Below the pieces are notes generated by a model. The model did not search any database, had not been told where the DNA came from, and was given only the letters and a program-made list of their open reading frames with translations. From Alphaproteobacteria bacterium (GTDB lineage Bacteria > Pseudomonadota > Alphaproteobacteria > Bin95), in contig OZ219786.1 in NCBI GenBank assembly GCA_964291285.2, positions 992,001-1,056,000 on the forward strand: 64,000 nt of DNA, read 5' to 3'. The position numbers were made by a program, and so were the translations under genes. Positions within the stretch are counted from its first letter, which is position 1. Each line of letters starts with the position of its first letter. Of the stretch, positions 10,396-20,472 are shown piece after piece.

Positions 10396-11630
10396 GCGTC
10401 CAGGCCGTGCGGGAGGAAATCCCAGCCGAAGATCGACTCGGCCGGGCCCGACTCGCCGACAATGGCGATGTCCTCGAGCCACATGCGCTCGCGCCGGTCG
10501 CCCGGATAGTAGATGTGGGTCGCGATCGCCATGCCGGCCGCGACCGCGAAATCGCCGGTGACGGCGCCCTCGGCATCGACCTCCTGGTCGAGATGGCTGA
10601 GGCCGAGGCCGTGGAAGAAGATCAGCGCATCCTCGGCGAGCGAAAGCCCGTGCTTGCGATAGACCGCGCGGCCCGCCGCCTGGAGCGCCGAAATGCGCGC
10701 GCCGGGCACCATGAGGGCCTCGATCTCGGCCATTGCGTCCGCCGTCGCCTGCGCCAGCTTGCGCGCCGCGCCCGCGCCGCCGGAGCCGACGATCCAGGTC
10801 TTGCCGCCGTCCCAGCAATAGCGGTCCTTCGTGCCGTGGCAGTCGAACATGATCCGCATGCCGGCTTCGAGCTCGTAGTCGTCCGACTCCGAGGCGATGA
10901 CAGGCACGGGGCTGTCGGAGCCGTTCGCCAGCACCATCGCGCCCGGATCATGGACGAAACCGCCGCGCGCGAGCGCCGCCGCGTGGTAGGCGGCGCGCAG
11001 ATCCCTCCAGGTCATGCCGGGCGTCCATGCGGCGATGCTTTCCTCGATGGCCGCGCGGTTGACGGCCGTCGCCGCGCGCATGAGGTCCACTTCGGCGGGC
11101 GTCTTGATGCTTCGGGCGGACATCAAGAGGCCGTAGCCGTCCTCGACATCGATGCCGGAGAGGCGCGCCGCCAGCCTCGGCTCGTCCGCCGCGATGCGCT
11201 TGCCGGCAAGGCCGAGATCGGCGACGGCGCGCTCCAGCGCGGCCACCATGTCCGGCGCGTAGCGGTCGGCTGCGGCGGAGAACCAGTTCGGCCGATCCCC
11301 CGGTGCGACGAAGCGGTCGAGGTCCGCCCTGCCGCGGGACGGCTGGTCGAAGGGCAGCAGGATGGCGCGGAAGGGGCGGATATCCTCGATCCAGCACGGC
11401 GCGGCCATGACAGCGCCCAGATAGAAATCGGGCAGCACCATCACAGGCGATTCGGGCGCTTCGCGGGCGAGCAGCACGGCGAGCGGGCGCGGCTCGTCGG
11501 ACTTGTGCGCCGGCAGGTTGAAGCCCGAGAGCCAATAGACATTGTTGGGCGCGGCCGCGAGCACGGCATCGACGCCTCTTCTGTCCATCAGGTGGAGCAG
11601 CCGGTCGAGATTGCAGAAACGTTCGGTCAC
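10392..11630 (-). CDS. M24 family (Xaa-Pro peptidase/creatinase-like) protein
   Basis: Creatinase_N-type start, ARSIKTPAEV, HGLGL, WLED. Confidence 0.78.
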   Translation of the reverse strand: MTERFCNLDRLLHLMDRRGVDAVLAAAPNNVYWLSGFNLPAHKSDEPRPLAVLLAREAPESPVMVLPDFYLGAVMAAPCWIEDIRPFRAILLPFDQPSRGRADLDRFVAPGDRPNWFSAAADRYAPDMVAALERAVADLGLAGKRIAADEPRLAARLSGIDVEDGYGLLMSARSIKTPAEVDLMRAATAVNRAAIEESIAAWTPGMTWRDLRAAYHAAALARGGFVHDPGAMVLANGSDSPVPVIASESDDYELEAGMRIMFDCHGTKDRYCWDGGKTWIVGSGGAGAARKLAQATADAMAEIEALMVPGARISALQAAGRAVYRKHGLSLAEDALIFFHGLGLSHLDQEVDAEGAVTGDFAVAAGMAIATHIYYPGDRRERMWLEDIAIVGESGPAESIFGWDFLPHGLDA

Positions 11631-11650
11631 CGGCGCGTCTCCCGCCCGTC

Positions 11651-12535
11651 TCAGGCGACGTCCTCATACTGATCGAAGAACCGGCCCGTGAGCGTCTTCT
11701 GGTTCTCGTAGATCGAGCCCTGCTTCGGCGCGACCGGCAGCGGCATGCGCACCGGCGCGGGCTCGAGGCGCGGCTCCAGGGTGGGCCTGCCCCGGCAGAT
11801 GCGCTTGTCGAACTCTTCGAGCGTCGCGCCTTCCAGACCCATCAGCGGCCAGGCGTCGGCGGCGAAATAGCTGTAGAGCAGGAGCCGGCGCGGGCGGTTC
11901 GAGCGGTTGAGCGCCGAGCCGTGGACGGCGCGCACATGGTGCAGGGTGAAGGTGCCCGCCGGGCCCGCCATCTCCGCCGCCCGCTCATGGCCGACATCGT
12001 GGAGCCCGGGGTCGATGCCGCCGCAGAACGCGCCGCCGCTGTGGTGGTCGAAGACGGGCCCCCGGTGCGAGCCCGGCACCGCCATCATCGGGCCGTTGTC
12101 CTCGCCGACATCGTCCAGATAGATGCCGAGCGCCAGGCCCGTGTCGTTGGTGTGGGGGTAGAAGGCCCAGTCCTGGTGCCACTCCACCGCCGCGCCGAAA
12201 CGCGCGGACTTCATGTTGAGCTTGCTGTTGTGGATGCGGATATCGGGGCCGAGCAGCGGCTCGACCGCATCCAGCACCGCGGCCGAGCGCATCAGCCGGT
12301 CGAAGAACGGCCAGTGCTCGAACGGGGTCTTCAGCCGCCGGACGCGCGGCGCACCGGGCCGGTGGCTGTCCTCGAGGTCGTAGCGCGCATCCGACGCCTC
12401 AAGGCCCCGCGCCCCCTCGGTCGCAAGGTTGGCCTCCCGCTGGAGCTCCGCCAGAAGGTCCGCCGGCAAGGCCGCCGGCAGCACGAGATAGCCCGTTTCC
12501 CAGAAGCGCTCGATCTGCTGCCGCGTAAGCGTCAT
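11651..12535 (-). CDS. Phytanoyl-CoA dioxygenase (PhyH) family Fe(II)/2OG dioxygenase
   Basis: WHQD, PGSH, HGSALNRS.RPRR. Confidence 0.9.
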   Translation of the reverse strand: MTLTRQQIERFWETGYLVLPAALPADLLAELQREANLATEGARGLEASDARYDLEDSHRPGAPRVRRLKTPFEHWPFFDRLMRSAAVLDAVEPLLGPDIRIHNSKLNMKSARFGAAVEWHQDWAFYPHTNDTGLALGIYLDDVGEDNGPMMAVPGSHRGPVFDHHSGGAFCGGIDPGLHDVGHERAAEMAGPAGTFTLHHVRAVHGSALNRSNRPRRLLLYSYFAADAWPLMGLEGATLEEFDKRICRGRPTLEPRLEPAPVRMPLPVAPKQGSIYENQKTLTGRFFDQYEDVA

Positions 12536-12760
12536 GGCGCCCGCCTCCCCTGCCCTCAGGCTCCGCGCCCCCGGCCGCGCCGGGAGCCGCGCAAGCCTAA
12601 CCTGCCGGCACAGGCCTGCCTATCCCGCAAATTCAACCGACGCAGACGCCCGGCCGCTCCCCGGCAGGCACCCGCCATAGAGGTGAAGATTGACCTTGGC
12701 GCGCCCGGTGTCCATGCTGGCGGCAATCCCGTATCCGCCCGAAATTAGGCCGTCCGCCCC

Positions 12761-13576
12761 ATGCGTCTCTTCCTCTTCGCGCTCGCGGCCGTCCTGGTCC
12801 CGGCGCTCGCTCCCGCCCAGACCGGCGACCCGGTGGTCGCCAAGGTGAACGGAGAGCCGGTTTACCAGTCGGACGTGAACCGGCAGGCGGCCGAGATCGC
12901 GCCGACCATGCAGGGCGCGCCGCCCTCCCTCATCCGCCGCACGGCCCGCCAGCGCGTGATCGAAAGCCTGCTGATCCACGCCGCCGCCGAAGCCGCGGGA
13001 TTCGACCGGCGGCCGGACTTCCAGCGCCAGCTCGCCCAGCAGCGCCGCACGCTGCTGACCCAGTACTACATGCTCAGCTACCTGCAGGAACGGATCGACG
13101 ATGCCAGGATAAGGGCGCTCTACAAGGAGAGCTATCCGGACGGCAAAGGCAGGGTGGAAATCCACGCAAGCCATATCCTGGTCGCGGACGAGGATGCTGC
13201 ACGCGCGGTCATCGCCGAACTCGACAAGGGCGGCGATTTCACCGCGCTCGCGGAACAACATTCCATCGGCCCCACCAAGTCGCGCGGCGGGGACCTCGGC
13301 ACGTTCGGCAAGGGCAGCATGGTGCCGGCCTTCGAGAAGGCGGCGCTGGCGCTCAAGCCGGGCGCCTACAGCAAGGAGCCGGTCAAGACCCGGTTCGGCT
13401 GGCATGTCATCCTGCTTCACAGTGCCGAACGCCCGCCGGCGCCGGACTTCACCCAGGTGCGGGGCCCGCTCGCGCGCCAGCTCAGCGAGCAGATCCTCCA
13501 GGAGCATCTGGACGAGTTGCGCGCCGGCGCCCGGATCGAATTCCTCAATGCCGACGGAACGGCGGACTCCCAATGA
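12761..13576 (+). CDS. Parvulin-type peptidyl-prolyl isomerase
   Basis: HASHILV, GGDLG, MVPAFEKAA, TRFGWHVI; signal peptide. Confidence 0.92.
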   Translation: MRLFLFALAAVLVPALAPAQTGDPVVAKVNGEPVYQSDVNRQAAEIAPTMQGAPPSLIRRTARQRVIESLLIHAAAEAAGFDRRPDFQRQLAQQRRTLLTQYYMLSYLQERIDDARIRALYKESYPDGKGRVEIHASHILVADEDAARAVIAELDKGGDFTALAEQHSIGPTKSRGGDLGTFGKGSMVPAFEKAALALKPGAYSKEPVKTRFGWHVILLHSAERPPAPDFTQVRGPLARQLSEQILQEHLDELRAGARIEFLNADGTADSQ

Positions 13577-14796
13577 ACACGGTTTCTCCCCTGGCGCCCG
13601 AGCGCTTTCCCGACATGCCGGCGATCGGCGGCGTCCGCACGGCGACCGTCGAGGCCGGCATCCGCTACAAGGGCCGCGACGACCTGCTGCTGGTCGAGCT
13701 TGCGCCCGGCACGGCGATCGCCGGCGCGCTGACCCGCTCGCTCACCGCCTCGGCGCCGGTCGAGTGGTGCCGCGAGGCGCTGGCCGGCGGGCGGGCGCGG
13801 GCCGTCGTGGTGAATTCCGGCAATGCCAATGCCTTCACGGGCCGGCTGGGCCAAGCCGCGGTGGAGCAAACCGTGGCGGCTGCGGCGCGAGGGCTCGGAT
13901 GCGCGGAAGCCGAGGTCTTCGTCTCCTCGACGGGCGTGATCGGCGAGCCCCTGCCGGCCGAAAGCACCATCGTCGAGAAGCTGCCGGGGCTGGTCCGGGC
14001 GCTTTCGTCCGGCGCATGGGAAGGCGCCGCACGCGCCATCATGACCACCGACACCTTCCCCAAGGGCGCCTCGGCGACCGCAAGGATCGGCGGCAGGACG
14101 GTGACCATTGCCGGCATCGCCAAGGGCTCCGGCATGATCGCGCCGGACATGGCGACCATGCTCGCCTATGTCTTCACCGATGCGGCGGTGCCGCCCGGCC
14201 TGCTGCAGAGGCTCACGAGCCGGGCCGTGGAGCGCAGCTTCAACGCCATCACCGTGGACAGCGACACCTCGACCAGCGACACGGTGCTGGTCGCGGCAAC
14301 CGGCGCCGCCGGCAATCCGGAGCCCGACGCCGCCATGCTGCGCGGCTTCGCCCGGGCGCTCGAAGCGGTCTGCCGCGACCTTGCACACCAGATCGTCCGC
14401 GACGGCGAGGGGGCCTCCAAGTTCGTGGAGATCGCCGTGTCCGGCGCGGCATCCGCCCGCGCCGCGAAGCGCATCGGTCTCGCCATCGCAAACTCGCCGC
14501 TGGTGAAGACCGCCATTGCCGGCGAGGACGCCAATTGGGGCCGGATCGTGATGGCGGTCGGCAAGGCCGGCGAGAAGGCGGACCGCGACGCGCTCCGCAT
14601 CGCCATCGGCGGGGTGGAGATCACCCGCGGCGGCCATGTGGTGCCGGACTATGACGAGACCCCCGTCGCCCGGCACATGCAGGGGCAGGACATCGCCGTC
14701 GCGGTCGATGTCGGCGTCGGCCGCGGCAAGGCCACGGTGTGGACCTGCGACCTGACCCACGGCTATATCGACATCAACGGGTCCTACCGCTCTTGA
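13573..14796 (+). CDS. argJ: Bifunctional ornithine acetyltransferase/N-acetylglutamate synthase
   Basis: NSGNANAFTG, KGSGMIAPDMATML, DTSTSD, DGEGASK. Confidence 0.97.
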   Translation: MNTVSPLAPERFPDMPAIGGVRTATVEAGIRYKGRDDLLLVELAPGTAIAGALTRSLTASAPVEWCREALAGGRARAVVVNSGNANAFTGRLGQAAVEQTVAAAARGLGCAEAEVFVSSTGVIGEPLPAESTIVEKLPGLVRALSSGAWEGAARAIMTTDTFPKGASATARIGGRTVTIAGIAKGSGMIAPDMATMLAYVFTDAAVPPGLLQRLTSRAVERSFNAITVDSDTSTSDTVLVAATGAAGNPEPDAAMLRGFARALEAVCRDLAHQIVRDGEGASKFVEIAVSGAASARAAKRIGLAIANSPLVKTAIAGEDANWGRIVMAVGKAGEKADRDALRIAIGGVEITRGGHVVPDYDETPVARHMQGQDIAVAVDVGVGRGKATVWTCDLTHGYIDINGSYRS

Positions 14797-15194
14797 GCCG
14801 TGTGCTGCTGGTCGTCGCCGCCGCCCTGGTGGACCGCGACGGGCGCGTACTTCTGGCCCAACGCCCCGAGGGCAAGGCGATGGCCGGGCTCTGGGAGTTT
14901 CCCGGCGGCAAGCCCGCGCCCGGCGAAACGCCCGAAGCGGCGCTCCTGCGCGAGCTCAAGGAAGAGCTCGATATCGACACGGACGCATCCTGCCTCGCCC
15001 CGCTCACCTTCGCGAGCCACGCCTATGCCGATTTCCACCTGTTGATGCCGCTTTATGTGTGCCGCGTCTGGCAGGGCGTGCCCCGGCCGAGGGAGGGCCA
15101 GCACCTCGCCTGGGTCCGGCCGCGCGAGATGCGCGACTGGCCGATGCCGCCGGCCGACCGGCCGCTGGTGGCTATGTTGCGCGACCTGCTCTGA
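14793..15194 (+). CDS. mutT: 8-oxo-dGTP diphosphatase (Nudix)
   Basis: WEFPGGK...ETPEAALLRELKEEL Nudix box; follows argJ. Confidence 0.9.
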   Translation: MSRVLLVVAAALVDRDGRVLLAQRPEGKAMAGLWEFPGGKPAPGETPEAALLRELKEELDIDTDASCLAPLTFASHAYADFHLLMPLYVCRVWQGVPRPREGQHLAWVRPREMRDWPMPPADRPLVAMLRDLL

Positions 15195-16140
15195 GGGGGT
15201 CCGCGGCGCCGCCTGCCAGCAGCCTGCGCGCGGTGTCGCAATCGGCGGCGATCTGCACCTTCAGCGAGTCGAGGCCGTCGAAGCGCCGTTCCGGGCGGAT
15301 GAAGTCCAGCATCCGCACGCGCAGCATCCGGTCGTAAATGTCGTTCGAGAAGTCGAAGACATGCACCTCGAAGGCGAGCCTCTCCCCGTCCACCGTCGGG
15401 CGGACGCCGAGATTGGCGACGGCATCCCGCCATACCCAGCCGCCCTCCTCTTCCAGCCCGGCGCTGACGGCATAGACGCCGCGGGCCGGCTCCAGCAGGT
15501 CGCCGAGGCCGAGATTGGCCGTGGGAAACCCGATGGTCCGCCCGAGCCGCTTGCCGGTCTCGACCCGGCCCACGATCTCCCAGGGATGGCCCAGCAGGCG
15601 CGCAGCCTCGACGGGGCGCCCTTCCGCCAGGTGCTCGCGCACCCGCGTCGAGGAAAAGCCGATGCCGTCCGGCGCAATCACGTCCGGCATGACAGTGACG
15701 GCAAAGCCGCAGTCCCGGCCCAATGCCGCCAGGTCCTCGGGCCTGCCGGTCCGCCCCTTGCCGAAGCGGAAGTCGTCGCCGACGACGGCATGGGAAATGC
15801 CAAGTCCCCCGGCCAGCACGTCGCGGGCGAAGGACCCGGGCGAGCGCACCGCCATCGCCTCGTCGAATTCCAGCACGAAGACCAGGTCGAGGCCGAGCGG
15901 CTCCAGCTGGTAGATCTTGCCCTCGAACGACGTCAGCCGGAATGGCGGGTCGTTCGGACGGAAATAGCTGCGCGGATGGGGCTCGAAGGTGACGGCGGCA
16001 AGCGGGGTTTCGCCGGCGATCTCCCGGCAGGCCTCGAACACAGCGCGGTGGCCGCCATGCACGCCGTCGAAATTGCCGAGCGCTGCGACCGCACCCCGCG
16101 CGTCGTCGGGCAGGCCGGAGAATTGCCTGAAAACCCGCAT
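15172..16140 (-). CDS. ribF: Bifunctional riboflavin kinase/FAD synthetase
   Basis: GNFDGVHGGH, SSTRVR, GRTIGFPTAN. Confidence 0.95.
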   Translation of the reverse strand: MRVFRQFSGLPDDARGAVAALGNFDGVHGGHRAVFEACREIAGETPLAAVTFEPHPRSYFRPNDPPFRLTSFEGKIYQLEPLGLDLVFVLEFDEAMAVRSPGSFARDVLAGGLGISHAVVGDDFRFGKGRTGRPEDLAALGRDCGFAVTVMPDVIAPDGIGFSSTRVREHLAEGRPVEAARLLGHPWEIVGRVETGKRLGRTIGFPTANLGLGDLLEPARGVYAVSAGLEEEGGWVWRDAVANLGVRPTVDGERLAFEVHVFDFSNDIYDRMLRVRMLDFIRPERRFDGLDSLKVQIAADCDTARRLLAGGAADPLRAGRAT

Positions 16141-16347
16141 CTGGCCTCAGCCGGCGGCAGGACGGAACGGGGGCGCGGAACCGGAGGACATCGAGGCGGC
16201 GACGGGTAGCGGAGATGCTCTCTATAGCCGAGCGCCGGCTTCTGCGAAAGGCCGGCCTTCTCCCGGCGGCAGGTCGTCGGGAGGGCCTGCGGGGCTTGCT
16301 TTCAGCCTCGTTCTTGCCGGAAAATGGCGCTTCGGGAGCACAGCAAA

Positions 16348-16740
16348 ATGTATGAGAAGACGACAGCCAGGGTGCGTGTGCGCGTACGGCCGGAATATCT
16401 GGAGGGCCACTCCGATCCGTCGGAAGGGCGCTATTTCTGGGCCTATCACATCGAGATCGCCAATGAAGGCGATAGCACCGTGCAACTGGTCTCGCGCTAC
16501 TGGCGGATCACCGATGCATTCGGCCGCGCCGAGGAGGTGCGCGGCCCCGGCGTCGTCGGCAAGCAGCCCGTGCTGAAGCCGGGCGAAAGCTTCTCCTATT
16601 CCAGCGGCGCGCCGCTGCCGACGGCCTCCGGCTTCATGGTCGGGCGCTACCAGATGGTGCGCGAGGACGGCGAAGGCTTCGAGATAGACATTCCGGCCTT
16701 CTCACTCGACAGCCCGTGGTCCTCGGAGTCGATCCACTGA
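16348..16740 (+). CDS. apaG: ApaG protein
   Basis: YWRITD, GPGVVGKQP, IPAFSLDSP. Confidence 0.93.
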   Translation: MYEKTTARVRVRVRPEYLEGHSDPSEGRYFWAYHIEIANEGDSTVQLVSRYWRITDAFGRAEEVRGPGVVGKQPVLKPGESFSYSSGAPLPTASGFMVGRYQMVREDGEGFEIDIPAFSLDSPWSSESIH

Positions 16741-16756
16741 GCAGCGGCTCTCTTCC

Positions 16757-18226
16757 ATGATCGACGTCCGGCCGGTCTTTTTCATTATCGGCTGGCTCCT
16801 GGTCATGCTGGCGGGAGCCATGCTGCTGCCCGCCGCAGTCGAATACGGCCGGGCCGAATCGGAATCGACCGTCTTCCTGATCAGCGGGGCGATCACTCTC
16901 TTCGTCGGCGGGCTTCTGGTCGCCGTCTGCCGCTCCGTCAGGCCGAATTCACAGCTGCACCGCTATCTCACCCTCAGGCAGTCCTTCCTGATGGCGGTGT
17001 TGAGCTGGGTGGTGCTCGCGGCATTCGCGGCGCTGCCGCTGCTGCTGCTTTCGGATATCGACCTGAGCGTGACGGATGCGATGTTCGAGGCGGTTTCGGG
17101 CATCACGACCACCGGCTCGACCGTACTCAGCGGCCTCGACGGCATGGCTCCCGGCATCCTGCTCTGGCGGGCCCTGCTGCAGTGGCTAGGCGGCATGGGC
17201 ATCATCGTGACCGCGATCGCGGTCTCCCCCCTGCTCAGGGTAGGCGGCATGCAGATTTTCCGGATCGAATCGAGCGACCGGTCCGAAAAGGTGCTGCCGC
17301 GGGCCGCGCAGATCGCAGGCCATATCGGCGTCATCTACCTGGTCATGACCGCCGTGCTGGCCGGCGCGCTGACGTTTGCCGGCCTCAGCCTGTTCGATGC
17401 CGTCGTTCATGCCATGACCACCATCGCGACCGGCGGCTTCTCGACCATGGACGGCTCCGTCGGCGCGTTCGCCAATCCGACGGTGGAATGGATCGTCATC
17501 GCGGGCATGGTCTCGGGCTCGCTGCCCTTTGTGCTCTATATCCAGCTCATGCGCGGGCGGCGGGGGCGGCTGCTGGCCGACAGCCAGGTCCAGGCCTTCC
17601 TCGGCATACTGGGCATCTCGATTGCCGTTCTCACCGCGGCCCATGCGCTGGTGAATTCCGTGGAACCGTTCGAGGCGCTCCGGCAGGTGGCCTTCAACGC
17701 CACCTCCTACATGACCGGAACCGGCTATGTGACGACCGATTTTTCCATGTGGGGCGGTTTCGCGCCGGCCGCCCTGTTCTGCCTCATGTTCATCGGCGGC
17801 TGCGCCGGCTCGACGACCTGCGGCATCAAGGTGTTCCGCCTCCAGGTCCTGTTTGCCGAGGCCCGCGCGCAGATCGGCCGGCTGCTCCACCCCCACGGCG
17901 TCTATGTTCCCCATTACGCCGGCAAGCCGATCCCGGCGGCGGTGGCCGCCTCGGTGACGAGCTTCGTGTTCCTCTTCATCGCCTCTTTCGCCGTGATTAC
18001 CGTGGCGCTTGGCATTGCGGGCCTCGACCTGGAGACGGCCGTCTCCGGCGCCGCGACGGCCATCTCGAATGTCGGCCCCGGCCTCGGCGAGACCATCGGC
18101 CCGATGGGCAATTTCTCGACGCTCAACGATCCCGCCAAATGGGTGCTGATCTGCGGCATGCTCCTCGGCCGCCTCGAAGTGCTGAGCGTCCTCCTCCTCT
18201 TCACCCCCGGCTTCTGGCGGTCGTGA
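16757..18226 (+). CDS. trkH: TrkH family potassium uptake membrane protein
   Basis: SGITTTGS, QWLGGMG, ATGGFS, GGCAGSTTCGIK, GRLE. Confidence 0.93.
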   Translation: MIDVRPVFFIIGWLLVMLAGAMLLPAAVEYGRAESESTVFLISGAITLFVGGLLVAVCRSVRPNSQLHRYLTLRQSFLMAVLSWVVLAAFAALPLLLLSDIDLSVTDAMFEAVSGITTTGSTVLSGLDGMAPGILLWRALLQWLGGMGIIVTAIAVSPLLRVGGMQIFRIESSDRSEKVLPRAAQIAGHIGVIYLVMTAVLAGALTFAGLSLFDAVVHAMTTIATGGFSTMDGSVGAFANPTVEWIVIAGMVSGSLPFVLYIQLMRGRRGRLLADSQVQAFLGILGISIAVLTAAHALVNSVEPFEALRQVAFNATSYMTGTGYVTTDFSMWGGFAPAALFCLMFIGGCAGSTTCGIKVFRLQVLFAEARAQIGRLLHPHGVYVPHYAGKPIPAAVAASVTSFVFLFIASFAVITVALGIAGLDLETAVSGAATAISNVGPGLGETIGPMGNFSTLNDPAKWVLICGMLLGRLEVLSVLLLFTPGFWRS

Positions 18227-18299
18227 GGGAGCCCCGCCCGCTTTACGGGGGCGGAAACATCTATAGCCTTGGCGGGGCGCGTGCGCGGGGAGGAAGGCG

Positions 18300-19193
18300 A
18301 TGGCGTTCGAAATCGTTCCGAGCGGGGATGCGCTCGGGGCCGAAGTCCGGGGCGTGGACCTGTCCCGGCCGCTGGATGCGGAAGCGCTGGAGCGGGCCTG
18401 GTCGGACCATCTGGTGCTGCTCTTCCGCGGCCAGAAACTCGCCGACGAGGACCTGCTGGCGCTGGCCGAAGCGATGGGCGGGGCCCAGGAGGCGGGCTCG
18501 CGCTCGTACTACCTCAAGGGCGGCTACGGCGTGGAGACCGGGCGCGTCAGCAGCTTGCCCGGCATTTCCATCGTCTCCAACCTCGACGAAACCGGCAAGC
18601 CGGCGAAACGCCATGCCGGCACGGGCAGCCAGGAGCTCACCTGGCACACCGACAACTCCTATGTCGAGCAGCCGCCCAAGGGCTCGATCCTCTACGCGCA
18701 TAAGGTGCCGGTGGACGGCGGCGGCGACACCTCCTTCGCCAACCAGTACGCCGCCTATGAGCGCCTGCCCGAAGCGACCCGCCGCCGGCTTCCGGGCCTC
18801 ACCGTCCGGCACGACTCCTCGCGCAACACGGCCGGCGGCCTGCGCCCCACCGTCACCGCCCCCGCCTCGCGCGCCGAGGTGCCCGGCCCGGTCCACCCGC
18901 TGCTGCGCCGCCATCCGGTCACCGGCCGCGCGGCGCTCTATCTCGGGCGCCGCTACAAGGCGCCGTCGAGCCATATCGTCGAACTGGACGAAGCGGAGAG
19001 CGAGGCGTTGCTGGACGAGCTCTGGGCGGCCGCAACCGACCCGGGGATCATCTGGACCCATGTCTGGCGGCCGGGCGACGTGCTGATCTGGGACAATCGC
19101 TGCACCATGCACAGCCGCACCGAAGTCGATCCCACCCAGCCGCGCGTGCTGCACCGGACGCTCATCCGCGGAGAGCGACCGCTGGCGGCCTGA
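18300..19193 (+). CDS. TauD/TfdA family dioxygenase
   Basis: WHTD, WDNRCTMH, R.LHR. Confidence 0.9.
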   Translation: MAFEIVPSGDALGAEVRGVDLSRPLDAEALERAWSDHLVLLFRGQKLADEDLLALAEAMGGAQEAGSRSYYLKGGYGVETGRVSSLPGISIVSNLDETGKPAKRHAGTGSQELTWHTDNSYVEQPPKGSILYAHKVPVDGGGDTSFANQYAAYERLPEATRRRLPGLTVRHDSSRNTAGGLRPTVTAPASRAEVPGPVHPLLRRHPVTGRAALYLGRRYKAPSSHIVELDEAESEALLDELWAAATDPGIIWTHVWRPGDVLIWDNRCTMHSRTEVDPTQPRVLHRTLIRGERPLAA

Positions 19194-19226
19194 CACTGGC
19201 TCCCGGCTGGCAGAGGAGCCGGAATC

Positions 19227-20471
19227 ATGGACAGCAAACCGTCCTTCGCAGTCGTGGGCGCCGGCATGGTCGGCGCCTGCTGCGCGCTCTACCTCCAGAG
19301 CGAGGGATTCGACGTTACCCTGGTGGACCGCGGCGGGCCGGGCGAGGAGGCCTCCTTCGGCAATCTCGGCGGCTTCGGCGTGGCCTCCTGCCCGCCGGCC
19401 GCCATGCCGGGCGTGCTCCGAAAGGTGCCGGGCATGCTGCTGGATGCGGACGCGCCGCTGAAACTCCGCTGGGGCCATGCGGTGAAGGCCCTGCCCTGGT
19501 TCCTCCGATTCACCGCCAATGCCCGCCGGGACCGGGTCGAGGCGAACGCCGCCGCCCGGCAGAGCCTGCTCGACAAGGTGCATGAGGCGGTCGATCCGCT
19601 GATCGCGGAGGCGGGCGCAACGCACCTGATGAGCCGCACCGGGCTCATGTTCACCTTCGAGAGCGAAGAGAGTTTCCGGGCCGCGTCCTACGCCTTCGAC
19701 CTCCGCCGGCGCAACGGCGTGCAGATGGACCTGCTCGACGGCGACGAGGCGCGCCAGGTACAGCCCGCGCTCAGCCCCGCAGTGGTTCGGGCATACCGCG
19801 TTGCCGACTTCTCGCACACGGTGGACCCCGGCGGGCTGGTGAAGGCGCTGGCCTCGCTGTTCGAGCAGCGCGGCGGCCGGCTGGAGCGGCGGACAGTGCG
19901 CAGTTTCGACCTCGGCCCGGACGGCGTGCGCGCGCTCAGGACAGATGCGGGCGACATGCCGGTCGGGAATGTCGTGGTGGCGGCCGGCGTCTGGTCCAGG
20001 CGGCTTGCGGCCATGCTCGGCGCGCGCGTGCCCCTGGAAGCCGAGCGCGGCTACCACGCCATGTTCCGCGACACGGACGTTTCCATGAACGGCGGCATCA
20101 TCTCTGTGGACCGGTATCTAGCAGTGACGCCGATGGCCGACGGCGTGCGCGTCGGCGGTGTCGCCGAGTTCGCGCCCCCGGAGGCGCCGCCGGACCCGCG
20201 GATTGCCGCGCGCGTCCGCCGCCACGGGGAAGCGCTGTTTCCCGGCCTGAAGGGCGGGCGCGTCACCGAGTGGGTGGGCCCGCGCCCCTCGCATCCGGAC
20301 TCGAAGCCGGTCATCGGTCGCTCGCCGCGCTTCCCCAATGCCTATTTCGCCTTCGGTCACGACCATCTGGGCCTCACCATGGGCGGCATCACCGGAAAGC
20401 TGATCGCCGAGCTCGCCGCCGGCCGCCCGCCGGGCGTGGACCTCGCGCCCTTCCGCCCGGACAGGTTCTAG
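19227..20471 (+). CDS. DadA-like FAD-dependent D-amino acid dehydrogenase
   Basis: VVGAGMVG, ASFGN, ERGYH, GPRP, GHDHLGLT. Confidence 0.85.
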   Translation: MDSKPSFAVVGAGMVGACCALYLQSEGFDVTLVDRGGPGEEASFGNLGGFGVASCPPAAMPGVLRKVPGMLLDADAPLKLRWGHAVKALPWFLRFTANARRDRVEANAAARQSLLDKVHEAVDPLIAEAGATHLMSRTGLMFTFESEESFRAASYAFDLRRRNGVQMDLLDGDEARQVQPALSPAVVRAYRVADFSHTVDPGGLVKALASLFEQRGGRLERRTVRSFDLGPDGVRALRTDAGDMPVGNVVVAAGVWSRRLAAMLGARVPLEAERGYHAMFRDTDVSMNGGIISVDRYLAVTPMADGVRVGGVAEFAPPEAPPDPRIAARVRRHGEALFPGLKGGRVTEWVGPRPSHPDSKPVIGRSPRFPNAYFAFGHDHLGLTMGGITGKLIAELAAGRPPGVDLAPFRPDRF

Positions 20472-20472
20472 C

